NCBI GenBank assembly: GCA_013265495.1
Contig: MU058714.1
Location: forward strand, 434,001 to 498,000
Direction of reading: 5' to 3'
From: Vicugna vicugna
Lineage: Eukaryota
Length of the DNA stretch: 64,000 nt
The number at the start of each line of letters is the position of its first letter. Position 1 is the first letter of the stretch. The notes under the pieces were generated by a model that was given only the letters and a program-made list of their open reading frames with translations, ran no database searches and had not been told where the DNA came from. Position numbers and translations under genes: made by a program. Of the stretch, positions 26,760-40,400 are shown piece after piece.

Positions 26760-26990
26760 TTTAGTCTTCAGAATCTTCTACCCATCCCCCTGCAGCTGGC
26801 ATCCAGACAGGCACTGGCCATAATTCTCCAGGGACCCAATCCAAGGCTCTGGCCTCCTACCCCAGAAGGCTTCCGGGGCCTTGCCCATTGCTGTATGCTA
26901 CTATTAGGTTTTTAAACTGCCAGGCTATTGTGCTCACTCACCATTAACTTGTGGCCACTAGGACCCTTGGTATCTTTTTCTGTTGTGCTT
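26760..26990 (-). mobile_element. Possible ancient CR1/L3 LINE fragment
   Basis: cattaacttgtggccactaggacccttggtatctttttc resembles reverse-strand CR1/L3 sequence from memory; highly diverged. Confidence 0.35.
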
Positions 26991-29145
26991 ATTCATGGCC
27001 AGGAATCAATGAACTCAGGGAACGCTGCGTCTGGTCTCTGGTGAAAGTGTTCCACTTTGTTGCACTACACACATTTCTTGTTGGTTGAGGGGGTTTTGGG
27101 CCTGCTCCTCCCTCCCGAGGGGCTGCTATACCCAGACTGTGGCACTATCCCTCTGTTGTACCATCTTAATTTCAGCATCCAAGCATCCATTTAGAAAATC
27201 ATTAAGCCATTCGCTCTAACAACTCAAAATATAAAGTGCCTTCTTTTGTTCAGCGTCAAATTGCCGGTGAAAGAGCTTGCGGCACGTGACCTATCAAGGC
27301 AGATGTATTATCATATTTGGAGAATGAATGGCATATTTTCAAACCACTTTGTCTAAATTACACAGTACACACCCCAGGAGCCTGGAGATCTGGTTACTCT
27401 CCTGAGATACAGAGAAGAGGGCCTCACCTGAGGGGGAGGGAGTGAATTCAGGAGGATGATGACTGCAGAGGTGTCCGGGGACCAACATCTGAATGTTGTC
27501 CGTGAGGCCACTGGCAGGTGTCCTCCAATCTGCAGAGCGTGTGACAGTGGCTGGGTGTGACCCTCAGGTGGCAACCTCCCCGATGGCAGTGAGGAGGTTG
27601 GGGTGTGAAGACACATGCCCACAGGAGGCCAGCTTGTGTCCCCTTCAACAACAAGACCACTCATGTGACCTGATAACTCGCAGAGACGACTGGGGCTCTG
27701 TTCTCACTGTGGTTTTCTTCTAAGCGTCTCCCAAACTTGTCGAGCCCTGGTGCTCCTTCCCCTCCAGAAGGTTTCTGCCGATGGAAGGGGCTCCCTTGGG
27801 TTGACACAGGTGGCCCACCCACGCTGCAACAGACAAGCAACCCCCAGGCCCAGCCCCAGGACCACAGGACAACAGAGGGCCAGGCCTGTTCGAGGGGTGG
27901 CACACGCCTGGGGCCGTGACCACATGGCTGTTACTTATGGAAGAATCGGAGCAGAGCAAAGACAAACGCTCAGTGGAGCAGCCTGGATGGACCAGACCCA
28001 GGGAGCCTGCTGCCTGACAGGTTTGAAAGGCCCTCCTGGGCTGGCCCGTGGCCGAAGGTGGGGGCCATGATGGGCCTCACCCCCTGCAGGGCTGACCTGA
28101 GGGGCAGGACCGTCCCTTCCTGAGGACAAACTGACCCACGGCTGTGTCCTGGAGGGTGGTAACAGGGGCTGGCTCCAAGCCCCCTCTCTGCCTGCACTCA
28201 GCCCTCACCGGCCATTATTGACGCTTCAGATCTTGTACTAGGGCCACAGAGGGAGAAGCAGCACCTCTCACCCCTAAAAGGACAGATAAAGCCGCCAGCC
28301 ATGGACTGTGGCCGCTGCATCACTGGGTCTGCTGCCCCTCCCGGCTGCATGGCCACTCAGCCTCAGGCAGGGGCACCCTGGCCTGCAGAGAAGGGGCGAA
28401 GAAACTCTCCGCGTCTGGGCCAGCCAGGTGGGTGGAGGGCGAGACAGGTCCTGCAGACAGCAGACCCCTAGCCGGGCAGACGTTCGGGAGAGCTGCCTGG
28501 GCCCTCCTCCGTCGCAGGCAAAAGGATGGGAAGGCACACACAAGCTAGCTCTCAATCCCACAGGCACTGGGCTGGGGCTGGGAGCCCACCCCCACCACGC
28601 TGCAGGAGAAGCGGGCCTGGCCCAGCCTCCTTGCCCGCCTCCCGGTAGCCCTCGGGGCACACTCCCCACAGCGGGGCTCCAGGGCATGGAGGAGCTGAGG
28701 TCTGAATCCTCCCTTTAACTCCCACCCTCAACAAGGTCAAGTTCGTCTTGTTTGCCTCCTTAAAAAGTTCACAAACGCGAGACTCCAGCTTTTCCTGAAA
28801 TCGGAGCCCTGACAGCTAAGTCTCAATAAAACACTGTGTGTTTCCAGGCACTGGGGCCGGTCTCGGGGCCCCTTGTTGCTGGGGTTCATGGGCATTTCCC
28901 AGCATTTCCCGAATTCTCCTCCCGCCGCAGGCCAAGCGCCTGTCCCCTCCAGGCGCCTGACAGACCCTGGCCCGAAGCTCCCCAGAGCAGGGCCTGCCTG
29001 CGACTGGCCAGCCCCCCGACCCTCCTTGCTCTTCCCTGGGGGACCCCTTGGCCCAGCCCTGGAAGCTGCCGCATTTTGACCTTACAAAGCTCCCGGGACC
29101 TCCTCCTAGAGGTGCCACAGACCATACGTTCGTTGTCAGTATGCT

Positions 29146-29151
29146 TTTATT
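29146..29151 (-). terminator. Candidate distal poly(A) signal AATAAA of TBC1D16
   Basis: Minus strand reads AAGTAAATAAAAGCATACTGACA then GU-rich GTATGGTCTGTGG, with a U-rich tract ~120 nt upstream (29265-29300). Confidence 0.5.
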
Positions 29152-31999
29152 TACTTTGCTGTAGAGTCCGTGAGGGCCGGAAGCACTGTGGGGGCTGTGG
29201 CCCAGGGCTCAGGGTGGCCAGTCCCCAGCCTGGGGCACAGCCGGACCAGCGGGCGACTGTAGTAAAGAACAAAGCAAAAAAAATGCAGAGAATAAATGAC
29301 TTGCCAACAGGACCCTGGCAACCTCTTGGTAGCAGTGGAAATTTCACGAGACTTTCCCCTAAACAACAGAAAGCCTGCCCTCTGACCAACCCAAGGCGCT
29401 GGAGAGAAGACGGCCGTGTGACTCGGTCTCTGACCTTGAATGCTGCCTTCCTACCCAGAAATTCAGCGCGCGTCTTGGGGCCAGGTGCTGGCGGGCTGCG
29501 TGCACGCCTGCCCTGCTCCCCCGCCCCCGGGGGCAGCTGTCTCTGGTCCCCACAGCCTGACCCAGGAGGCCGGAGCCCCCCTTGGGGGGTGGGTCCCAGC
29601 CGTGGGGGAGCCCCTGAGGCACGGACCGCGGCCCTGCTGCTGAGTGAGGCGCGCCGCACACAGACACATCCTGAGGGGTTGCCAGGGCCCGTGGTTGGCC
29701 TTCCTCGTGGCAGGCGTGGGCGGCATGGGGTGAGTGTCACACAAGAGACACACAGAGGCCCCCCTCAGCTGGGGACGCAGCAAAGTGGACGTGTGGAAGG
29801 AAGCGAGTTTGCTGGCTCCCAAAGCAGGGTGAGCTCTTGGGTCGGGAGCACGGTGCCTCTCGGCCAGGGTCAGTGGTCTCTTCCCTGAGTGGCAGGTGAG
29901 GTCCCTGGGGCTGGTAAACCATCCTCATGACACCTTCACCCGGAGGGTCCCCACACAGTCCTGTGAGCTAGGCGGGGAGGGTGGCACCATTCTCATTCCA
30001 GGACAAGGGAACTGAGGCTCAGGGGGCAGGAAGGTTACGCACCTGGGAAGGGTCAGAGGAGGGCAAGAACCAGGTTCCTGGCCCCTAGGTAAGCCTTCCT
30101 GCTAAGCAGTGCTGCTCACCCACAATGGCGGAGTCCTGTCCTCAGGCTTCACAGCTTCGGGGGAAGGGGGATGAGCTGTTTAGTTTGGGGGCAGTTCCCT
30201 CAGAGCCAGGGACGACTGGGGCAGAATGTTTTCTCTTCGAGGGACAGCCTTGCAGCCTGCCTTTGCAACGCTGGGCTAATCAGATCCTGGAGAGTCTGGT
30301 CCCCCTGGGTCTCCAGGGAAGCGCCCAGCCTCAGGCCAGACCCACAAGCTCCCTCCCTCGCTACAGCTCGCAGGCCAGTCCTGCACCCCTGTATATGTGT
30401 GGGGTTCCCCGGGGGATCTCCTCCTTCCTCTGAGGCAGGGCAGCCTCCATGGTCCCCTGCTGGGCAGGCAAACTGGAAGAGGCTCCCTTCCCTTCGCCCC
30501 TTGAACCCAGGCGTCCCTGCCACCCTCTAGCCTCCCTGCACGGGAGCTATTTCTACCGAACAAGAAGCAGACAAGAGGGCTCGGGGGGCCTCACAGAAAG
30601 CAGAGGGGAGAGCCCTAGAGCCCCCCACCGTGGTCCACAGACTCTGCCCCGTGTCCTCCGTCCACGCATCAAGGGTCAGAGCTGGGTGGCCCCTGCCACT
30701 TACCGCCCTCGTTTCAGGACCAGCGCCTTCATCCTGTCCAGCCGCCTGCCCCCAGGAGGCTTTTACGGGAAATTCAAAGGTCCTAGGTTCAAAAACCTCC
30801 ATCCCGCTTGAGAGCTGATCAGGACAAGGTTGCCAATGGAACTGCCCTTCTGGGCCGCAGACCCTCCTCCTCTGCAGAGACGGGCCGGGGGCCCCTCCCA
30901 GCCCATCCATCCCTCTCACTCTAACTGGCGCAAGACCACCAATTCCCTTGACTTGTCAGTTCTAAGTCTTCCCCGCTGGGACTTAAGGCAAAACCTTCCG
31001 GAACAGCACACCATTTCCCTCTGCACCTAACCAGACCCCAACCCCGACTGTTTCCCTAGCTGTGCATCCCCCACCTTCGAGGGTCCAGCTTCGTCCTGCC
31101 ATTGTCCCCTCCTTCCTGGGAGTGTGAACCCCCCAGGGCTGGTGAGGGCGCCCCGCTGCCCTTCCCGTGCCAGCACGTGCGCATCCAAGGCGCCCTCTTC
31201 CCAGAGGCCCCGACGACCCCGGGGAACACCAGCACAGACATTAGTGCTGGGGAAATTTTTAAGTATGCGTGCACATGCACATTGGCCAATAACATTAAGT
31301 GTCTTTTAAAAAAAAATGGGCTAAATAAGTAGCATCGCCGAGGACGGCTGGGCCGGGCGGTTGGTCCTGTATTTGCACGTGCTGGTGGTGGGGAGGCTAA
31401 AAGTCTAATGACTGAATTATCACCCTGATGCCTGTTGTTGGCTGGGAATAATCCTGGGGCAACAGCCGCCGCAGGGTTTTTGGCTGGTTTCCTCTAATTG
31501 CATCCAGATTAAGGGAGCCGTGCAGGGGCGGGCCTTCTCATCCCTCTGGAGCAGTGGGTCCTACAGAGCCCACGCAACCACGTCTTTGGCTTTCAAAGTC
31601 CCAAAAAGCCCAGATCTCATTGGGGCCTGGCTCAGCCCACAGGGTGAGAGGAGGGAGCAGTGCGGGTGGGGGTGGCACTTGCTGCAAGGTCTTGGGGAGC
31701 TGTGGGAGTGAGAGGCCATGGGAGCCAGGAGATTCAGAATGAGTGCTTTCCACCCAGGACCCTTCAAAGTGGGGGATCCCTGGATCCCCTCCCTCTCCCC
31801 CACGTGGTCACAGCAGCCCAAAGGCACAAGGTTTCGTAGTAAAATGCACGGACGCTCTCCTGCTTCAGAGCGTGGGGAGGGGGGAGCACTCATTCCCCTC
31901 TTAGGCATCTCCGTATCTTCTGGGGAAGTCATGCCCCTGCTAGAAGGCAACTTCCAAGACAGTGCTGTTTGGACCAGGGCTACCTGGCGGTGCTGGTAG

Positions 32000-32470
32000 G
32001 CTGTACCAGCTGTCCGGTTCCGGGTTCCCTCCTGAATTCCCAGCCCCTCACCACGTCACTGTGCAACCTCTCTTACTGCAAGGGAGGGTCCACTTCTCCA
32101 CCCCTCTAGGTGCTGGGTCTGCACATGTGACTTACTTTGGCCAAAGGGATGGCGGCAGGGGTGGCATCTGCCAAGGTTTGGGAAGGCGCCTGCACACTTC
32201 TGATTCTGCACCTTTGCCTTGGCCAGGACTGGCTTGCGGGGAGGAGGCCAGAGCCGTGGAGGAGAGCCAAGTCCGACCTCTGTAAGCGTCAGCATTCTGC
32301 TGGGACTCAACAGCTCCAGGCAGGGGAGTAAGCCCAGTCCAGGCCAGAACCGCCCAGCCTGGGCTGCTGACCCGCAGACCCCGTGCTGGGTGCGTGCGTG
32401 CTGTCTGGGGCCACCATGTTTGGGGGCTACTTGCTACGCAGCTTTACTAGGGCGATGGGTAACTGGTACG
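32000..32470 (+). mobile_element. Old MaLR solo LTR (MLT1-like) in the probable 3' UTR
   Basis: catgtgacttactttggccaa motif and 3' end tgtttgggggctacttgctacgcagc...ggtaactggtac. Confidence 0.55.
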
Positions 32471-33501
32471 CCTGTTCACGGGGAAGCGGTCTCTAAAGGA
32501 GTCAGCAGAGCGTCTGGGTAACTCGGGCCAATTCCAATGGATCAGGAGCCAACATAGAAAGGCAATTCTCTTTCCCCAGAAGCAGAGCAGATGAGAAATC
32601 CACCCGCATCCAGCCTGGACCCTGCTGCTGGACTATAATGGTCAGTACCCCAAGATCTGGGCACTGACAAGGCTCCAGGATGGTTTCCCCAAAAGGCTCT
32701 GGGACAGAGGGCCAGGAAACTTGGAAGTACCAGTCTCAGTCTCCTGCCTGCTGGAGGACTTGACGCTCACGGAGAGAAGAGAAGCTTAGAAGGGAGGAGG
32801 CTGATAACTTCCTCCTTCCTGTTGATAAACATCTTTTTAAAGTGGTGCCACCCAGCAGCGTCCACTCTTGGTGAGAAAAGCTGAGAGCAGGAAGCAGCCT
32901 CATGTGGTGGGGCTGTGTCTCCATGAGGACTCTCAGCACTTCAAGGATTCTTCTCCCCAGAAGGATGTGCAGGAGGATTCAAGGCTCCTTGCTCTCACCA
33001 GTTCAAGAGGTGGCTTCCTGTGCAAAGGGCCCCACGCCTTTACACTGGCTGGGAGCCCTCCCACACCCTTGTCTGTCCATCTCTGAATCCCAGAAGGAGC
33101 AAGTGATGAGAATCTTTAGGAGGAGGGAGAGCGTGCTGGGAAGACCTGGTTCCCATGCAGAAAGCAGAGGTGCCCTGAGTGACAGAGACTGTGCTGTGGT
33201 TGCCCCGGCGTCCCACCACCTGAGAAGCCACTCACAGAAGGCCTGGTTCACAGCAGACCACAGGCCCGGCAAGGAGGCAGGAGTCTTTCTAGCACGTGCA
33301 GGTGCCTTTGTCTTGGTCGGTCAGTTAATATACTGTCCCTTGCCTCAAACACTGCAGATCCCCTTCCGAGGATTTTCTGTGCACACACACACTTCGACCC
33401 ATCCAGCCCCCAGCTGGCTCCTGTATCTGGTGCGGGTGGCCTTAAACAATGCCAGAGAACCACAGGTAGCAATTCCCAACTAAGGGAGAGGAATCCAACA
33501 C

Positions 33502-33507
33502 TTTAAT
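33502..33507 (-). terminator. Candidate proximal poly(A) signal ATTAAA of TBC1D16
   Basis: Minus strand reads GCTATTAAAGTGTTGGATTCC..., followed by GU-rich CCTGTGGTTCTCTGGCATTGTTT; ~700 nt after the stop codon. Confidence 0.55.
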
Positions 33508-34200
33508 AGCCGGTGCTCCGGCTCCCGGGTAGCAGATTCCTTTACATTCCAGGAGGACAGGATGTCGAGGTGGACAGTATTGAAGCCCCAGCCCCGCTGC
33601 TCTGACACTTCTCTACCCTGAAATCAGCAGGGCTTTTCTTTCTTTTGGCAGATGTCTTCGCATCAGCTTTGCAGCAGCGTCTGGAGAAGCCGTGGAGTGT
33701 GACTGGCTCACTCAGAGAAGGCCTGATGAGGTGTGTCCGGCTTGCAAAGATGTCTCTGGGCCTGCAAGGACCCCCTTGTTCTGTGTTCGCCAGCACTGGT
33801 GGGTGAACAGGAAGACCTCTCCTGTCCCGCCTTCCCCGATGCCTGGCAATGCCCTTTAGCAGCTGATGAAGCCGGAGGAATTCCTGGGACGCATCCGGAT
33901 CCATCAAAGGCAGGCAACATGAGAACCTGGCCCGCCTGTGTCTCCAGGTGGGGTGGCCATGCATTCTGGTCCTGCTGTTTTGGGAGCTGACTTTTTTCTG
34001 GGCAGCTGGCAGGTTTTACTTCTGTCACTTCTGGACTCAGCTTTTGTCCTTAATATGAAAAGGTTCCCTTCATGTTGCCCAAGGGCATTTTCCTTACATT
34101 TCTACCATCCCATCCCCTCCATGCCCATCCCCACCCCCTCCCACACGCTCGAGACCTGGCTGAGGTCCCCTCACCCCTCGACCAGCACAGGGAGCCCAAC

Positions 34201-34449
34201 CTATCTGCGGAAACCAAAGCCTTCCCGAGGCGTCTTGGGGCCCTTCCTGCCTTCTCTGGGGGGCTTGGGCGAAGGTGTCTCCACGGTGCCCCCGAAGGGG
34301 CAGCTCTCTGACCCCGGATGCTGGCCGGTGCACTCCACGGCAGGCATGTAACCGCTGTCCCACATGCCTGTCCCACACAGCTTGCACAGGTCATGCAGGC
34401 TGCAGGGGATCCGTGGCAAGAGGCGGAACTGGTACAGCAAACTCCTGGC
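34201..34449 (-). CDS. TBC1D16: TBC1D16 terminal coding exon 12
   Basis: Acceptor TTTGCAG|G; encodes ARSLLYQFRLLPRIPCSLHDLCKLCGTGMWDSGYMPAVEC...EGFGFRR, with TAG at 34201-34203. Confidence 0.95.
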   Translation of the reverse strand, partial: ARSLLYQFRLLPRIPCSLHDLCKLCGTGMWDSGYMPAVECTGQHPGSESCPFGGTVETPSPKPPREGRKGPKTPREGFGFRR

Positions 34450-37400
34450 CTGCAAACAGAGAGGACGGGCCGTGAGGAGGGGTGGGGGGATGGCCCAGAG
34501 CTAGGGCAGCAGTATCCAACGCCCACAGTTCACCCTGAGCCAGGTCAGGGCGAGGGCTCTGCCTGCCCCGTCCCTTCAGCCTCCCTGGTCCGGCTGAGAC
34601 CCACGCAGTTCTCGGAGCAGGACTCCCATGGGGCTTGGGACAAAGAAGGCTCCTCCAGTGGCCTTCATACGAGGGATGGACAGGGCGGCCAAAAGCGGCA
34701 CAGGGCCTGCCTGTCCCTCCGGGCTCCACTTGGCCCCATGGCTCCAGCCCTCCGCCCTGCAGGGTGTTTCCACCACGCTGTAGGGGACAGTGACCTCTTC
34801 AAGCCCTCTTCCCACCCACCTGGCGGCTGGCCCCGGGCCCCTCCTCACTGCCCTGGAAGGCACCAGAGAGCGTAAGAAGTGGCATCTCCAGCAGGAGACT
34901 GGGCAGTGGGAAGGCCAGGAAGTTCTCCTTTGTTTCTCCGACCCTGGATGAGAAGTAGCCACCCTCCCCTCCCCTCCCTAAGTCTCCTGCTCAGTTTTCG
35001 GGCTGTGGACAGCGAGCGCGGTGCCCCAAGGAGGAGGACCTACCTACCAACCCAAGGGATCTGTTCACTCCATGAGGAGAGGGAGGCTCAGGTGCACGGC
35101 CTGATGGGTGCCCCGAGCAGCGGACAAGCTGCCCCCTGGGCCTTGGTGGGGAGCATCCAGAGTGGAGTGTAGGGGCGGGGCCTGCATTCCAGAGGGGCTG
35201 TGTAGGATGGGCCTCTGCATATGTGGAGGGCGGAGCCTATGTTGGGGGCTGGGGGCGGGGCCTGGAAGTGAAGGGGCAGGGCTCTGGAAAAAAGGGAAGG
35301 CAGGGCTTCCTGCGGGCCGTGCTCACCTTCCTGAGAACGAGCTCCCCATTCATGTGCATGGCCAGGTTTCCAAAGTGCAGGAGCATCTGGTCGGTGGCCA
35401 GCTGCTGCTCAATGACGTCATCCCCGTAGATGGCCACGATGGCCACACAGATGAAAAGGTGGAAGTAATCGGTCTGGTGGGGTGGAGAGGGCGGTTCAGA
35501 TAAGGCCCCTGACCCTGCAGGCGGAGGCCGAGTGCAGAGGTGGGGGGGTGAGGGCTCTGGGGTGTCTGGGTTCATGCGGCCCAGGGCAGGCCCAGCAGCC
35601 TCCTTCCTCCTCAGTTTCCCCACCTGCAAATGGGCCACCATCAGCACCTACATCCAAAGGCTGCTGTGACATGCAAAGGGGTGACACTGGGGCTGGCCAC
35701 CCATGGGCTGCTGTTATGCTTTGGGGGGCTCTCTGAGGGGCTCTCCATCATGGGGGCAAAGAACATGCTCCTCTGAAGGCTGGCCCATGCCCATTCTGGG
35801 GTCTTGAGAGATGGTGCATCAGAGCACACTCCGGCAGACCGTGGGACATGCCAGGGAGAGAGACCCTTCTGGCAGCCTCCCACCGGTCATTGTCCTGCTG
35901 TCTCCAGGCCACACATCCCAGCTCATGTCCCAGAGCAGAGCACGGCAGCTCTGATGGCCCCCACGGAGGGGCTACAGGAGCCCACCGTCTTTAACCAGAG
36001 TTTCAGAGCCCATGGAGGACTCTGCTGCCCTCCTTGGAGGCCACCGTGACCTCGCCACTGACCAGCAGGGCCTGGCCCGGGCAGGAAGTAGGCACTAGGT
36101 CCTGGCGGGATGCATCCTGTGCGCTCTCTGGCCCGGACGCTTCGAGGGCACACCGTCTTTGAGTCACACTCGCTCCCGGGGGCAGAGGAAGGACAAGGAC
36201 CACCAGGAAGCCTGTGTTTAGTCTCCTGACGCCGGTCTCCCAGCCAAACAGAACCGTGTTCCTTCCCAAACAGGGCCGGGCGGAACCCTGCATGCCGGCA
36301 GAGGTTACGGGCAGCAAACGCCCCCCACCCGACCCACCCTGGAGAGACAGTCCTCAGCCTGCCCGGCCCCTTCCTCTGAACTGACCCAGAGTGGTCTCAC
36401 TGTGGCTCAGGACAGTCCTCCTGCACCTGCTTGAACTGTGGCCAAGGCTGAGGCGGGAGTGGGGGGGCAAGACAGTGGAGGAGTTCCTGGAAGGTGCATG
36501 TCCAGCCCCTCTGGGAGAGGACTTGGGGAGGACAAGGCGGGGTGCATTCTACATGGGGCTACACAGCAGTACAGGACTAGTCTCAGTTCACTGGACAAGG
36601 CCCCGGGAAGCCCAGCCCCCGAGGGCAAACTAGAAGTGCACTAGATGGGTAAAATAGAGCCTTTCTCACTCAGGGGACACTTTAAAAGTTAAAGCAGCTG
36701 GTAGTGACCCCCCTCTTTCCACTGAGCTCACTCTAATGAATTAACCTACCCCCACTCTGATCATCCTACCATCCCCCTTCCAATCTTCTGCCACTAATTT
36801 GATCGAAGTGGGGCCAAATGTGGCTAAATTTAACCTGAGAAATGGCCCTGTCTGTTGGGTGATGCTCTGAGCCCCCTTGTAACATTAGCCTAAACATGAT
36901 GTAATGAGGGTGGCAAATGTATTGCTGGAAAAACAAGCAATGCGGCTTTGCAAAGCGGACATGATTCTTTTTTTAAATGTGATCCAGCGTTTTGGACCAT
37001 CTTTGCTAGTGCTTCCTTGATTCCATCCTGCAGTATGCGTCGAACACGCTAATCCGGGCAGGAAACGCAGCCCCGACCTGGGCCAGGGTGGAGCAGGAGG
37101 CGGGCAGGACGGTTGGATGAATACAAAGACAGCTTGTGGCACCAGCACCATTTTTTAGACTCACTACTGTCAGGAGGAACGGTAAGGACAGGAAACGCTG
37201 ACGCATGCTTCCCAGGGCTGGTGGGTGTGCCGTCTATCTGCCAGGTTTGTCTACTCCAAGCTGCTCCAACTGAGGCAAAGAGGATGGAGCCCACTCTTGC
37301 CCAAAGGGTCCTGGCCACCTCCCGGATGTGTCAATGCAATTTTTTTTAAGGCTGACGAATTCAGAGAGACTTGCCTATCCTTTAACATCACCGGCTTGTC

Positions 37401-40400
37401 GCTAATTTGGGCGTTAAAGCCATGTGACAGGGCCAGCGTGGTGCTCTCAGGGGAATCTGTTGAGGAGACACTGATGACAGTGGACGGCAAGTGGAAATCA
37501 ACATCACTGGGAGGGGACGGCGGGCTGGGCCCGGGCTCGCAGAGGGGCCGACGGTGGAAGCAGGCTCTCGGGCCCTCTCCCTGAGCCATCCAGACGGGGG
37601 CGGGCGGGCGGGCGCTGGCTCCAGCATGTGGGCACTGACGTCCCGCTTGGCCCTGCAACGTCTTTCACGCTGATTGGTTGTGACAGGAGCATGCTCAGCC
37701 CCAGAGCGTGGTAATGAGCACAGTCAGCGGGCAATTTGCATCGATTTCAGTTCCTTGGGAGGCGAGCTGCAGGTCCAAGGCGGGCCACGTGGGGCTGAAA
37801 GGCAGTTGCTGGGTGAGGGGCTGACTCTGGCTGGTGGGGGGGGGTCAGGGGTCGTGGAGGAGGGAGACCCCAGAGGAGGTGCACCATGGTGCGGGCACCC
37901 TCCCCTCCTCGGAGGCGGGGTGCAGGATGGTGACGTGGCTCCGGGGCTGCTGTCCGGCCTCAGCCCTCGCCACCGTCTGGCTCACCTGGTAGTGGGCCCA
38001 GCAGGCCTCCCAGATTCGCAGTGCCTCGGCCTCAGGGAACTCCCGCTTGAAGCACAGCAGGAGCCAGCGGTGGCAGAAGAGCATCTGCAGGCCGTCCTCA
38101 CCCAGCGAGACCAGGTGCTGGTAGAAGCGCAGGTGTGTCAGCCGCAGCAGCTCCCGCAGGTACAGCTAGGGGCGAGGCCAGGATGGGTAAGCCCCCGGCC
38201 GCCTGGCCCGGAAGCCCACTCCCACTGGGGCCCTCCCTTGGCCCATCCCCACCCCCAGAAGAGCATGTGTGCCACGAGCGAGATCGCCACCTGCTGTGCG
38301 CGTCTGCACCATGTACTCTGTTCTGTCGCTGGAATCAGACTCACAGCTGTTTTCGTCAGTTCACCCCAGATTACAGACTGTTCTGGAGACTGCGGCGTGG
38401 CCCAGGGCAAGGCAACGTGTACACCCTGCTGGGGACCGAGTGGCTGGTGGCAGGTCGGAGGCTGGGAAGCCCTCCAGGCCTCAGGCACTGCGTGGTGCTG
38501 TTTCTGACACCCCCCTCTTCCTGGGATGTGGAGCAGATCCTCCACTGACAACTCACCCCCCCCACCCACTCAGCCACCTTCCGCACTGATCTCCGAGATG
38601 CATCATCTTCCAGAGCTGATTTAGAGCAGGCAGGGGGCGTTTCCGAACCCCAAGAGGCTCGACGCCTGCACGTAAGGGCACCACCCAGTGACATGGGTCA
38701 AAAGCGAGGCTATTTCTGGCAGCGCCCAGCTTGGGCTGCTGACTTCACCAGCTCCGTTGTAAAATCAATCTCTGGCAACTAACGAGTCACGGGGCCCTTC
38801 GCGTCAGAGCCCCTAATTGCCTCCCCAGGTACCACGGAAACCTGACATCACAGGGCCGACGCAGAGAACAGAGCGGAGAGCGGGCGGCTCGGCTGAGCGT
38901 GGTCGGGGGATCCTGTGGTGGGGGCTCGGTGACTCACAGGCCCCTTCCCACACAAGTGGCCCATTGTTCCTACTCGAGACAGCCGCTGGGGTGGCACAGG
39001 AATTCATTCTGAGGATCCTGCCCAACTGGCCAGTTTCTCCTCCCTGTGGCTCACCCCTTCCCGCCCTACACCCTCCAATCCCCACCTCCCAGCTCCTGCC
39101 TCCGTCTCCTCAAATCCTGTGCTGTGTTCTGCTCTGCCATCCAGTCTTCAACGGCCCCTAATACTTAGGTCACAGGATGTGCTCCTTGGCCTGGTATTCA
39201 AGGCCGTGCATTCAGCTCTCCCCTCATTGCATGTGGGCCACCAGCCTGACCAGTGTCACTGCCCAGAATGGTCTCCTGAGCCAAGTCCCGGTGGGCTGGC
39301 AGCACCCAGGACCTGGCCCCACATGCCACGGGGTCAGCGTGGTCCAAGGAGACACTGGGATGCTTGCCTTGGTTCCCACTTATCACCAAGGTGCTTTCTG
39401 TGCCACTTCCTGGCACCCAGCATCCTCTCCTCCCACTACCAGCTTCCAGGCCGAGACTCTCTCCCAGACTGGGGACCCGAGGCCACATCCCAGTGCCAGC
39501 AGCACCTGCCAGGTGCTTGGAGTGCACAGGTGCTAGGTAGAGGGAAGGGCGAGTACTCCTGGCCCCAACATACTCATCTTTGCCTCCCCACCCCCACCTT
39601 TCAGTGCTGCCTGGTCTGTGTAGCTTAGGGGAGGCCCCGAAGGGAGGGGTGCTGGCCAGGCACAGCAGGGAAGGCCCGCTGCCCTTGAGGTGGGTGTGTG
39701 ACAACTGTCCATTGGGCCTCAGGATGCTTCAGGAGCCCCTCCCATTCCCATCCCCACTCCTGCATGGAGCAACCCAGATGCAGCTGAGGACGCATTTCGT
39801 AAAGCACAGGGCAAGTGTGACAGATACCCCGCTGGGGAGCCCAGGCTGGGGATGGAAGCAGGTACGCTGGGACTTGGGAGCAGGCTGCACCCCTCCTGGG
39901 AGAGTTGGCCCTTCCCCAGAGGTCCAAGGCTAAGCCCCCTGAGCCCACAGGCAAGGCCCACATTGGCTTTTCTGAACCCTGACCCACCGCAGCCAAGCCG
40001 CACACGTCGGAGAGCCTCACCAGCTGTTTCTCCATGTCCTCATCCCGAGGAGAGCTAACGAAGATCGTGTTCTGCATCAGACCCACAAAGCACCAGAAGG
40101 TGTCTGACTCGTCCAGGACCTCGGCCAGGATGGGCGCCACCAGGTCTGACATGCCCTGGGAGTAGCCGATGGCGGGGTTGTACACTGCATAGTTCAGCAG
40201 AATCCTCCTGAGGACGCAGTGCAGAGGGCAGGGAGGTCAGCAGAGGGTGGCCACATAGCAGTGTGTTGCCCAGTGGAACCCCAGGCTGGAGACCCTGGGC
40301 TGCCCATACCCCCATCCTTCACCTTGATCTCAGAGGAAGGAGGGCAGCTCTGGGGACCGAGGAAAGGTAATGGCCCGCAATTAGGCACTCATCAGCCTGG

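Noticed and set aside
28836..29888. 350-aa plus-strand ORF, the longest in the track
   Set aside because: GTG start, Pro/Gly/Arg/Ser-rich composition expected of GC-rich non-coding DNA, no recognisable domain, and it overlaps the probable TBC1D16 3' end in antisense.
37674..38507. Antisense ORFs over TBC1D16 exons (also 41072-41863, 42050-42670)
   Set aside because: Shadow frames of GC-rich coding exons and CpG-island sequence.
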